From positions 1-64,000 of IMG/VR virus record IMGVR_UViG_3300009788_000106: a DNA stretch of 64,000 nt. One strand, 5' to 3'. A program made the translations under genes and the position numbers. Under the pieces are notes generated by a model. It did not search any database. It was not told the origin of the DNA and was given only the letters and a program-made list of their open reading frames with translations. Shown here one piece after another: positions 27,775-35,691 of the stretch. The DNA comes from a virus. Every line of letters begins with the position of its first letter. The stretch's first letter is position 1.

Positions 27775-28128
27775 ATGGACGGAAAACAAGAACGGGACTG
27801 GTTCAAGGAGTACGTCGAGCGGGAGCTATCCCGCCTTGCCAAGGCGGTCGAGGGGATGCGGGTAGACCTGGCAGCCTTGTCAGTTAAGGTGGCGTCATCC
27901 ACCGAACTCGAAAGGGACCTTCGCGTCGTCGAATTGGACCTGAAAACTGTCGCCAAACAAGCACACGAACCCAAAAGCTGTAATCAAGACCTTGCCCCGC
28001 TCTGGACGAAGGTTAACCACAATGCTGAACGGCTGGCGGCTCTGAAGGCCTCGGCTGTAATGTTCGGGGCCATTGCGGCTGCCGCGTTAAATCTCATCAT
28101 GGCCCTGTTCGGGCTTATCAAAAAGTAG
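27775..28128 (+). CDS. membrane protein with N-terminal coiled coil and a single C-terminal TM helix (holin/spanin-like candidate)
   Basis: C-terminal AVMFGAIAAAALNLIMALFGLIKK; RBS AAGGGAGA. Confidence 0.35.
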   Translation: MDGKQERDWFKEYVERELSRLAKAVEGMRVDLAALSVKVASSTELERDLRVVELDLKTVAKQAHEPKSCNQDLAPLWTKVNHNAERLAALKASAVMFGAIAAAALNLIMALFGLIKK

Positions 28129-28141
28129 TGAAGGAGAAGCC

Positions 28142-28795
28142 ATGGCAAAAATGAGTACAAACATGCGGCAGGCGTTCTACGGCATGGGCCGGGGGGACGT
28201 GATTGCATTTGGTGGTCGCTGTATAACAAGCCGCGGCATCCAGTTGTTCACCACGTCTGAGGTCTCACATGTGGGGATGGTCTACGCCGGTGCGGCAGAG
28301 GACAATCCATACATCATTGAGTCCACCAGCTTAGGGGCGGGGCGTGCCGGAGTAAAGGTCCGGTCCCTTGAGAAGGCCGTTCTCGATTACCCTGGCCGGG
28401 TCTGGTGGTTGCCACTATGTGATCAGGCCGACATGCAAATGAACTGGGAGGCCTGGGAACAGTGGACCGAAGCCCAAGTCGGCAAGGCGTACGACTTCAA
28501 GCAGGTCCTGCTCGGCGTCCCGCTCAGTAGGATTCCCTTAATTGGCAAGTGGCTGGTGGGGCAGGACGACTTCCGCCAGGTGTTTTGCTCAGAACTGGTT
28601 GCCGGGTCGTTCGAGGCAGGAGGGCTTCTCCCATTCAGTACCGACGCTTCACACACCACGCCTGAGGAAGTGTGCGAGTTCCGCCTGTACAAATCCGCGG
28701 TCCAACTTCGCGGTAAACCAAAGAACATATCCAACTTCAGCACAAGACAGATCTTTCATCCCGAGCTAGACAACCTGCCGGGGCAGCCTGTATAA
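28142..28795 (+). CDS. permuted papain-like amidase, peptidase C92 (YiiX/YaeF-like)
   Basis: GDVIAFGG...SHVGMVY...IIES near the N-terminus and VFCSELVAGSFEAGGLL near the C-terminus (His before Cys, the permuted order). Confidence 0.5.
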   Translation: MAKMSTNMRQAFYGMGRGDVIAFGGRCITSRGIQLFTTSEVSHVGMVYAGAAEDNPYIIESTSLGAGRAGVKVRSLEKAVLDYPGRVWWLPLCDQADMQMNWEAWEQWTEAQVGKAYDFKQVLLGVPLSRIPLIGKWLVGQDDFRQVFCSELVAGSFEAGGLLPFSTDASHTTPEEVCEFRLYKSAVQLRGKPKNISNFSTRQIFHPELDNLPGQPV

Positions 28796-28900
28796 CGGTT
28801 TGCCTGCGCAGAAACTAGGGCTGGTGCGACTTCTGGCTCCTCCGGGACCTCCGGGACCACTGAGTCGCACTGATGGCCTTACAGCACCGAAAGGAGACCA

Positions 28901-29464
28901 GTGTCGCAGCCGACACTACTGACTATGTTTGACGACAACGCCATACCAGCAAGGATTGAAGAGCTAGCACAGGTGCACACTCACCCGGACGCCACGGCGC
29001 ACCAGCTAAAACTACTGGCGACGGGGATGCTAAACTTCCCATGGACAGGGCGTGAGACCCTGGTTGAACTCGGTACCGGGCAAGGGTTGACCGCGGTGTT
29101 CCTCGGGCGCGTGGCGAACCTTGTAGGCGTACCATTGCGTATTGTATCTGTAGATGAGCTCACACAACCCTACATGCGACACCTTTGCAATCCTAAGGAC
29201 CCATACACCCAAAATGTCCAGATGTGGGCTCTCACCGAAGTGTGCTTCCTTTGCCAGGGTCACCCAATGAAAGTCACAGTACCCGGCAGAATCGGAATGG
29301 TTATAGTGGACCGCAACTACCGGGACAGTATTGGCCGCTGGGTAGGCAGACTAACAAGGTCTGGTTGCCTGGCCGCGTACTCACCTTCATTAGGCTTCCC
29401 GGGAGAAAACACCATGGTGCCAGCCGGCATGATGGGGCAACTCAGAACATGGACGAAAGGATAA
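28901..29464 (+). CDS. class I SAM-dependent methyltransferase-like protein
   Basis: LVELGTGQGLTAVFLG (motif I-like) and GMVIVDRNY (motif IV-like). GTG start after AAAGGAGA. Confidence 0.35.
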   Translation: MSQPTLLTMFDDNAIPARIEELAQVHTHPDATAHQLKLLATGMLNFPWTGRETLVELGTGQGLTAVFLGRVANLVGVPLRIVSVDELTQPYMRHLCNPKDPYTQNVQMWALTEVCFLCQGHPMKVTVPGRIGMVIVDRNYRDSIGRWVGRLTRSGCLAAYSPSLGFPGENTMVPAGMMGQLRTWTKG

Positions 29465-29467
29465 CAG

Positions 29468-30688
29468 ATGATCAACTTCACATACGAGTTAGTCCAGCTT
29501 GCCAAGGGAAAGATCCGCGGTGAAGGCAAGACATGGACTCCTGGTAAGAAAAACACCGTCGGCGCCCCATGGGTCAGGGACCACTGCGACGTCACCCGGT
29601 ACAGCGCCGACAAGATTTTGGCAGCACTCCGGGACCCGTCCAAGATGCCGGAGAAACCCAAAAAGAAGAACCCGCTGACCGATCTGGAACAGCAGGTCAA
29701 AGAGTTCCTCACCCGGCGCAAGGACAAGGCTGTGGACGTCAATGATATCAGCACCGCAGTTGACCGGTCCGAAGCCTCAGTAGCCGACGCCATCAAGGCT
29801 CTGGCTTCCCACGGGTTCAACGCCAAGATTGTGCGGGGCAGGAAGGCCACCTTGGCATCCGAACCGGCACGAGGGGCCGTGACGCCGATCGTGCACAACC
29901 TCACCGACTACCAAGGCCGCAGGCGCAAGGTGGGCATTTGCTCTGACTGGCACATGTGTAACAAGAACCAGCGGCTCGACGTTCTCAACACGCTGTATGA
30001 TATCTATGAGGACAACGGCATCACCGAAGTGTACGTGGCCGGCAACTGGATCGATGGCGAATGCCGGTTCAACAAGACCGAGCTGTTCGTCGGTGGTATG
30101 GACAACCAGCTAGACTACTGGATTGAGAAGACCCCGCAGAAAAAAGGCATCACCACATACTTCGTCGCCGGCGATGACCATGAGGGCTGGTACCAGCAAC
30201 GCGAAGGCGTGGAGATCGGCAAGTATGGCGAACTCAGGGCGCGTGCTCAGGGTCGCGAGGACATGATCTACATTGGGTACGTCGAGGCCGACATCGAGTT
30301 GAAGGCGGAGGACGGTTCGAGGGTCATGAAGGTGATGCATCCCGGAGGCGGGACCGCGTACGCCATTTCCTACAAGGCCCAGAAAAACGTCGAGGCATTG
30401 CAAGGTGGCGAGAAGCCGTCCATCCTGATTCAAGGCCACTATCACAAGATGAATGTGTGCTACCCGCGCAACGTGTGGGTCCTGGATGCTGGCACCTGTT
30501 GCGACCAGACCATCTGGATGCGCAAGAAGGGGCTTGAGGCGCACGTCGGTGGTGCCATCATCGAGTTCACACAGGCGCCGACCGGTGAGATCATCGAGTT
30601 CGTGCCACGGTACTTCCCGTTCTTCGACAAGGGATTCTACATTGGCAAGCAGCAGTACGCGCTCCAGAGATTGCCGGCGGTTCGATAA
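29468..30688 (+). CDS. calcineurin-like metallophosphoesterase with an N-terminal extension of about 130 aa
   Basis: VGICSDWH, GDDHE, IQGHYHK and related metallophosphatase motifs. Confidence 0.6.
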   Translation: MINFTYELVQLAKGKIRGEGKTWTPGKKNTVGAPWVRDHCDVTRYSADKILAALRDPSKMPEKPKKKNPLTDLEQQVKEFLTRRKDKAVDVNDISTAVDRSEASVADAIKALASHGFNAKIVRGRKATLASEPARGAVTPIVHNLTDYQGRRRKVGICSDWHMCNKNQRLDVLNTLYDIYEDNGITEVYVAGNWIDGECRFNKTELFVGGMDNQLDYWIEKTPQKKGITTYFVAGDDHEGWYQQREGVEIGKYGELRARAQGREDMIYIGYVEADIELKAEDGSRVMKVMHPGGGTAYAISYKAQKNVEALQGGEKPSILIQGHYHKMNVCYPRNVWVLDAGTCCDQTIWMRKKGLEAHVGGAIIEFTQAPTGEIIEFVPRYFPFFDKGFYIGKQQYALQRLPAVR

Positions 30689-30689
30689 C

Positions 30690-31226
30690 GTGCCGGACGT
30701 CGTAAACAAGTTGGTGGACTTCATCCTCAGCATCCTTCGCCTGTTCCAAGCGTGGACAGTGGTGGATCAGTTTGAGGGCGGGGTCCGCCTCCGCCTTGGC
30801 AAGTACAGTGGAGACCTCGAACCGGGCTTCCACCTGATGATCCCGGGATACATCGATCAGGCCCTCACGGCCTCGACTGTCCCGGGCACCTATGGCATGG
30901 AGGAACAGTCCCTCACAACCAAGGACGGTGTAGACATCATATTGTCAGCAGCCGTCCTGTACTGCATCCAGGACCCTGGCAAGTTCTTGCTCACCGTCGA
31001 GGACCTGGGAACGGTATTCCTACCACTGAAGGCCGAGATCAGTAGGCTGGTCCGGGGGAACACATGGGCCCACATTCAGGCCATGGACCTGTCGGATTAC
31101 TTGACGGAGTTTGCCTTGCAGTTTGAGCACGAGCACGGGGTTGAAGTGCTAGACGTGATTTTGGTGGACACGGTCTCGGCCATGTCGCTGAGGTTGTTTA
31201 GCGCCGCAAGCCTTCAGTCCGAGTAA
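30690..31226 (+). CDS. SPFH/band-7 (stomatin/prohibitin-like) domain protein
   Basis: GVRLRLGKYSGDLEPGFHLMIPGYIDQ...TKDGVDIILSAAVLYCIQDP is characteristic of SPFH domains. GTG start at 30690 immediately after the upstream stop. Confidence 0.55.
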   Translation: MPDVVNKLVDFILSILRLFQAWTVVDQFEGGVRLRLGKYSGDLEPGFHLMIPGYIDQALTASTVPGTYGMEEQSLTTKDGVDIILSAAVLYCIQDPGKFLLTVEDLGTVFLPLKAEISRLVRGNTWAHIQAMDLSDYLTEFALQFEHEHGVEVLDVILVDTVSAMSLRLFSAASLQSE

Positions 31227-31318
31227 CGAACTTCCCGCATTGCCCGGAGGATGGCTCCCAGAATGAAGAGTCCTCCTCCGATCTTTCCCACCAGCGCGAT
31301 TAGTGTAATTGGGTCCAT
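31214..31318 (-). CDS. possible 34-aa hydrophobic peptide (MDPITLIALVGKIGGGLFILGAILRAMREVRYSD)
   Basis: ATG preceded by GGAGTAATC; convergent with, and overlapping, the 3' end of the SPFH gene. Below the ORF-track size cutoff. Confidence 0.3.
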   Translation of the reverse strand: MDPITLIALVGKIGGGLFILGAILRAMREVRYSD

Positions 31319-31337
31319 GATTACTCCTACGGTCGGA

Positions 31338-31372
31338 AGGCGGCAAACCTTTAGGCCGCCTGCTACTTTTCT
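31338..31372 (+). terminator. hairpin AGGCGGCaaacctttaGGCCGCCT followed by TTTTCTTC at the end of the rightward structural operon
   Basis: Inverted repeat plus a plus-strand T-tract at the point where gene orientation flips. Confidence 0.35.
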
Positions 31373-31899
31373 TCAATCTTTCCCAAAACGATCTGCGCCG
31401 ACCGCCCGTTCATGATCGCCTTGAGAGCGGTGGACAAGTCATCGCAGAAGCTGCTGGCCGTGGCTCCGGGCGGGAACTGGGCGGTGATCTCCACTTCACA
31501 CTTGAACGTGCGGAGGCCTGCCGGTTTCAAGTTTGGCTTGTTCCGTTGCCACACCCCGAGAGACTCACTGCTGTAGAACTGGCTGGACGCGGGCATAGCT
31601 GGCTCTGTAGGGGCCTCCGGCCTGGCAACCCTCCCAGACATCAAACCGGACGCACTCATGCCACCTGAGGCCCCTAGCCCGCCTAGTGTGGAGTTGTGCA
31701 TGGCAAGTTGCTCCTTCTGCCTTGCCTTCAGGAAAACAACGGAGCAGGAACTCGCGGCCAGGTCCTCGGTCAGGTCCTGCTCGCCCCGGCAGTACTCCTT
31801 GCCATTGGGGTCCAGAATGACCCCGAGGTGGTTGCCGGTCTTGGTGGACACACGCCGCCTGTACACAAACCCGGGAGGTAGTACGTTTTGAATGTTCAC
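31363..31899 (-). CDS. hypothetical protein (178 aa)
   Basis: ORF on the minus strand in the leftward island; no motif recognised. Confidence 0.45.
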   Translation of the reverse strand: MNIQNVLPPGFVYRRRVSTKTGNHLGVILDPNGKEYCRGEQDLTEDLAASSCSVVFLKARQKEQLAMHNSTLGGLGASGGMSASGLMSGRVARPEAPTEPAMPASSQFYSSESLGVWQRNKPNLKPAGLRTFKCEVEITAQFPPGATASSFCDDLSTALKAIMNGRSAQIVLGKIEEK

Positions 31900-31900
31900 C

Positions 31901-32071
31901 CTACAGACCCCGCTCGCTCGGAGTCCAGTCGCCCTCGACCAAAGTCCAGTTAAGAATCTTGAGGTCCCAAGGCATCAGGATTGTACCCCAGCGTTTCTGG
32001 ATGGCTTCGCGGTCGGCCTTGGAAAGCTCCAGCCATGTGCGTGTGATCACGGTGATGAAAGTGTTAAGCAT
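31901..32071 (-). CDS. hypothetical small protein (56 aa)
   Basis: ATG preceded by GGGAGAATGGGAA. Not in the ORF track (below 60 aa). Product MLNTFITVITRTWLELSKADREAIQKRWGTILMPWDLKILNWTLVEGDWTPSERGL. Confidence 0.3.
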   Translation of the reverse strand: MLNTFITVITRTWLELSKADREAIQKRWGTILMPWDLKILNWTLVEGDWTPSERGL

Positions 32072-32099
32072 TTCCCATTCTCCCTTGGTTGCCGGGTAA

Positions 32100-32276
32100 C
32101 TACTTGCTGGCCTGGCCGAGTTTGAAGGCTGCCTGAAGGGCTGCTTCCAAGTTCCAAACCGTCTGGTTGCTGTGGTCCAGCCGATCCGAGTTGCGGGTTT
32201 TGAGGTTCGGCAGTCCGAAGTGGCGGGTGGCGATCTTGTTGATCTGGGTTTTTGTTAGGCCTTTGTTGCTGTCCAT
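32100..32276 (-). CDS. hypothetical small protein (58 aa), leaderless
   Basis: ATG lies 5 nt after the -10 TAGTAT of a class I promoter. Product MDSNKGLTKTQINKIATRHFGLPNLKTRNSDRLDHSNQTVWNLEAALQAAFKLGQASK. Confidence 0.35.
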   Translation of the reverse strand: MDSNKGLTKTQINKIATRHFGLPNLKTRNSDRLDHSNQTVWNLEAALQAAFKLGQASK

Positions 32277-32281
32277 ACCTA

Positions 32282-32310
32282 ATACTACTGCGGTTTTGCC
32301 TGGCCGTCAA
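32282..32310 (-). promoter_or_regulatory. class I promoter TTGACG-N17(GCCAGGCAAAACCGCAG)-TAGTAT, then taggt-ATG
   Basis: Direct reading of the reverse complement. Confidence 0.5.
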
Positions 32311-32371
32311 TAGTTAATTTACCGAAAAGGCAAAATAGTTTGGGACCGGTTGCCCGGCCCCTTGGGATGGT

Positions 32372-32656
32372 CTACCTACTGTTGATCAGATCGAACAAGG
32401 TGGCCGCAGTCCGCACCGCCTTATTGTGTACGTCGACCTGAGCACTGATGGCCCTGGCCCGGCCCTCGAAACCGAATGTGTAGATGGGGTCCTGGTCGTC
32501 GGGGACCGGATCGGAGATGGCGTCGGCCATGCTGTTTAAGTCGAGGGCCAGCTGCTTCATTGCCATCTCAAGTTGGCCGCGGGTCACATTGGCCTTGTCT
32601 CGGCTTCTCTGCCGTGACTCTAGTACTCTCTGGTGTAGTGTGCGGTTGTTTGGCAT
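32372..32656 (-). CDS. hypothetical protein (94 aa), leaderless
   Basis: ATG at 32656 lies 5 nt after the -10-like CACCAT of a class I promoter. Confidence 0.45.
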   Translation of the reverse strand: MPNNRTLHQRVLESRQRSRDKANVTRGQLEMAMKQLALDLNSMADAISDPVPDDQDPIYTFGFEGRARAISAQVDVHNKAVRTAATLFDLINSR

Positions 32657-32661
32657 GTCTC

Positions 32662-32691
32662 ATGGTGCCACGGTTTTGCCTCGGTTGTCAA
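32662..32691 (-). promoter_or_regulatory. class I promoter TTGACA-N18(ACCGAGGCAAAACCGTGG)-CACCAT, then gagac-ATG
   Basis: Direct reading of the reverse complement. Upstream on the minus strand is a hairpin plus U-tract terminator (32692-32740) serving the preceding gene. Confidence 0.45.
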
Positions 32692-32748
32692 GCACCAAGG
32701 CAAAAAAATAGGGGCCGGTGTTCCGACCCCCCATGGTTCACCAGTGGG

Positions 32749-32970
32749 TTACTGGTTCGCCTTGTACTCCAATACGTCGTCCCAGGCGGCGTTTACGGTG
32801 TCAAACTGATCCCAGTACTCAATACCGTCGGAGTGTTCCGCCTCGGCAATGTACTCACGTACAATCTGGGTCATACCATACCGTCGCCCCAAAAGTTGTA
32901 ACTTACCTTTCAGTACCTCCCGGTCAATCCGGTTGTCCATTTCATTTGAGTTGTTAATGTTTTGTACCAT
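32749..32970 (-). CDS. hypothetical protein (73 aa)
   Basis: ATG at 32970. A degenerate class-I-like element (CGGCAAAACCGTGG-TATCCT-taatt-ATG) lies upstream. Confidence 0.4.
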   Translation of the reverse strand: MVQNINNSNEMDNRIDREVLKGKLQLLGRRYGMTQIVREYIAEAEHSDGIEYWDQFDTVNAAWDDVLEYKANQ

Positions 32971-33118
32971 AATTAAGGATACCACGGTTTTGCCGATTTG
33001 TACCTTTTATTTTGCCGAAAACGCAAAATAGTTTGGCCCTAAAAATGTAGCCTTCCCCGACGGCAAACCGGTCAAACCTGCGTACTATGGAACATAGCAC
33101 GCAAGGTGGTGGAAACCT

Positions 33119-34663
33119 ATGAAAACACGAAAGCAAAAGACGAAGGAGCCGACCAGTCAAATCCCGATTGTGACCACGATCCACAACCGATTCGTGACCT
33201 TTGAATGGGACTCATTCGAGGCGGAGGAGCTCCGTCCCTATTTCAGTTATCTAGTTCCAGGCTATTGGTGGATGCCAAAGTTCAAGTCCGGGGTCTGGGA
33301 TGGGAAGATCAGTATGCTAAAACGGAACACTGTTGCGACCGGTGTGTTCCTCAAAATGCTTCCCCAAATGCAGAAGGACGGTATCCCGTTCGACATGACC
33401 GATGAGCGGTCCTCGGTGGCCTTCAAGCATGAGGACCCCAGCCGTATCAAAATCCCTGGCAAAGAGTTGCGCCGGTACCAGCTAGACTGTATTGCCGAGA
33501 TGTGCTTGCAAAGCGACACGGGTGGCCTAATCCTCAATGCGACGGGTACCGGCAAGACCTTGACCGCGGCGGCCTACCTCAGCTTGCTCGAAGGGAGCGC
33601 GGTGTTCGTGGTGGATGAACTCACTCTGCTGGAGCAGGCGAAGGAGGAGTTCGAGGAAGTGTTGGGTGAGGAAGTGGGTACGGTCGGCAAGTCCGTTTTC
33701 GATCCCAAGCGGATCACGGTTGCCACGATCCAAACCCTGCACCTTCACCGGGAGAAGGCGGCCTACAAGGCGTGGACCAAGGACCTGCAGGTAATGATTA
33801 TTGACGAAATCCATGTTGGGTTGAACAACCGGCAGGCAGCAACCATCCTGGCCATCCAGCCTCCGGTCGTGTTTGGTTTGACGGCCACACTGGAAATAGA
33901 GAAGGAGGACATTGCGATGCGGGCGGCCGCCATAGCAGGCCCGGTCATATTCCGGTACGAGTACCAGGACGGGGTCCAGGAACGCCACCTAACGCCTGCC
34001 GTGGTGATTGGGGCCGACATGGTGCGAACCCACTTGCCGTCCACCGAACTGGACTACCATGGCTTGTACCGCAAGTACATTGTGTCCAGCCGAAGTCGCA
34101 ATGACTTTTTGGAGGAGTTGCTGCGGGAGGGACTGGACCGGGGCAAGTACATCATCCTACTGGTCGAGCGGGTCAAGCACTTGGAGAAGCTGTCTGCGCG
34201 CATGGAGGACGTACCACACCGGGTCGTGTACGGCGAAAAGAAGGTGGCGGATCGCATTGCCGCTAAGAAGGATTTTGAGTCTGGGAAGGTGCGTTTACTG
34301 TTGGTCAACAAGGTCTTCAAGAAGGGCGTGAACCTCAAGCGAACCGACGTTATCATTGACGCCGCTGGCATGTACGGGGCCAATGATGCGGTCCAGAAGC
34401 TGGGACGTGGGGTCCGGTTGTGCGACGCCAAGTCCGGCCTAATCTACTTCGACGTCGGGGACCGGCGTCCGGCTGGTGAGAGCCTGAAGTCTAACCGGTT
34501 CCTGAAGGCCACTGAGAACCGTCGGCAAGCCCTGAGGAAATTAGGTGTGACGATGAAAGTGCGCCGGGCCTCGACTGGTGCTGCCGAGTTGTACGATCTG
34601 GCCGAACGGCAACTGAAACGGGTCCTTTCGACCGGCAAACTGAACCCGCAAAACATTCTGTAA
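33119..34663 (+). CDS. superfamily 2 DEAD/DEAH-box DNA helicase
   Basis: LNATGTGKT (Walker A), MIIDEIH (DExH), LTAT (motif III) and a C-terminal RecA-like domain with an arginine finger. Confidence 0.8.
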   Translation: MKTRKQKTKEPTSQIPIVTTIHNRFVTFEWDSFEAEELRPYFSYLVPGYWWMPKFKSGVWDGKISMLKRNTVATGVFLKMLPQMQKDGIPFDMTDERSSVAFKHEDPSRIKIPGKELRRYQLDCIAEMCLQSDTGGLILNATGTGKTLTAAAYLSLLEGSAVFVVDELTLLEQAKEEFEEVLGEEVGTVGKSVFDPKRITVATIQTLHLHREKAAYKAWTKDLQVMIIDEIHVGLNNRQAATILAIQPPVVFGLTATLEIEKEDIAMRAAAIAGPVIFRYEYQDGVQERHLTPAVVIGADMVRTHLPSTELDYHGLYRKYIVSSRSRNDFLEELLREGLDRGKYIILLVERVKHLEKLSARMEDVPHRVVYGEKKVADRIAAKKDFESGKVRLLLVNKVFKKGVNLKRTDVIIDAAGMYGANDAVQKLGRGVRLCDAKSGLIYFDVGDRRPAGESLKSNRFLKATENRRQALRKLGVTMKVRRASTGAAELYDLAERQLKRVLSTGKLNPQNIL

Positions 34664-34969
34664 TATTCGGCATTTGCCGGGTTAAGATTGCATTGAAGGG
34701 GAAAAGGGGTGAAGGCCCCCTAAGGGGCCGGGGGTTATAGGTTTAATAGGTATAGTATAGGGGACTGGGAATACTCGTTATAGCCCTACCATCCCACACT
34801 GCCAAAGAACGGCAGTATGGGAATGGCAGGTCAAGGCCACACGCGGGCGCGCGTGGCACGGCAAGCTCTTCTCACTGGCAAGACACTGAGACCTGTGGGA
34901 CTGAGGGTCGCCCGCCCATCCCAGCCAGACTGAGACCACCGCCACCGCCCATCACCAGTGCCGACCGGG

Positions 34970-34991
34970 TTTTGTTTTTGCCCCGTACCAT
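34970..34991 (+). promoter_or_regulatory. class II motif TTTTGTTTTTGCCCCGTACCAT
   Basis: One of 5 copies of TTTGCCCCGTAC(C/T)AT, all on the plus strand upstream of genes. Confidence 0.35.
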
Positions 34992-35079
34992 GTTCGTGAA
35001 GGACAAGAAAACCAAACTTGACAGCACAAATTCAACGCGGTAGCTTAGGGAAGTCACCTCACGGGAAAGGGGAACAGGA

Positions 35080-35652
35080 TTGGAGCTCTCAGAGAACAGT
35101 CACGTCACAGAGTCAGTCCGGCGCATGAGGCGCAAGGCCATCAACGGTTTCGAGACACTGGCCCACGCATGGCAGCTGAAGATTGAACGGAGCCTCACGG
35201 AAGTCATCCGGGACTTGGACAGCACCACCAGCCAAAAGCCCTTTCGGTTCTTTGCCATGAGCGACGACAACATGGCCCGGCTACTGAACCTCAGGACCCT
35301 ACTGATTGACCAGCACCTAAACCTTGGAGACATCTTGCGGGTCATTCTGTTGAAGTACCGAAAACCAGATAGCGGCAATACACGCCTTGGCCTACGGGTT
35401 GCTAACCTCACTGGACCTGCAGCCCTCAAGGTGGCCATCGCCGCACTAGACACGGGAGACTCGAACGCATGGAAAGTACAAGAACGCCAAAACCAAGTCT
35501 CGGCACTGGTGTCCTTCGGCACACTGGAGTACAACGACCCGACCCAAATCACGGAGGATTACTTCGAGAACTTGGACCGGCTCAAGGCCAAGATGGAACA
35601 GCTATCGACCCGCCTGAGCAGGAGACCTTACCGCTGGAATCCTTGGCTCTAA
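35080..35652 (+). CDS. hypothetical protein (190 aa)
   Basis: TTG start after GGGAAAGGGGAACAGGA. A sigma-70-like TTGACA-N17-TAGCTT lies at 35017-35045 upstream. Confidence 0.45.
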   Translation: MELSENSHVTESVRRMRRKAINGFETLAHAWQLKIERSLTEVIRDLDSTTSQKPFRFFAMSDDNMARLLNLRTLLIDQHLNLGDILRVILLKYRKPDSGNTRLGLRVANLTGPAALKVAIAALDTGDSNAWKVQERQNQVSALVSFGTLEYNDPTQITEDYFENLDRLKAKMEQLSTRLSRRPYRWNPWL

Positions 35653-35691
35653 TGCTCTTGGGGTTACAGTTCCGACAGCTTCAGAGGGAGC

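Noticed and set aside
31892-32125. Plus-strand 77-aa ORF at the operon junction
   Set aside because: It overlaps a better-supported minus-strand small gene with a GGGAG RBS (31901..32071) and has no RBS of its own.
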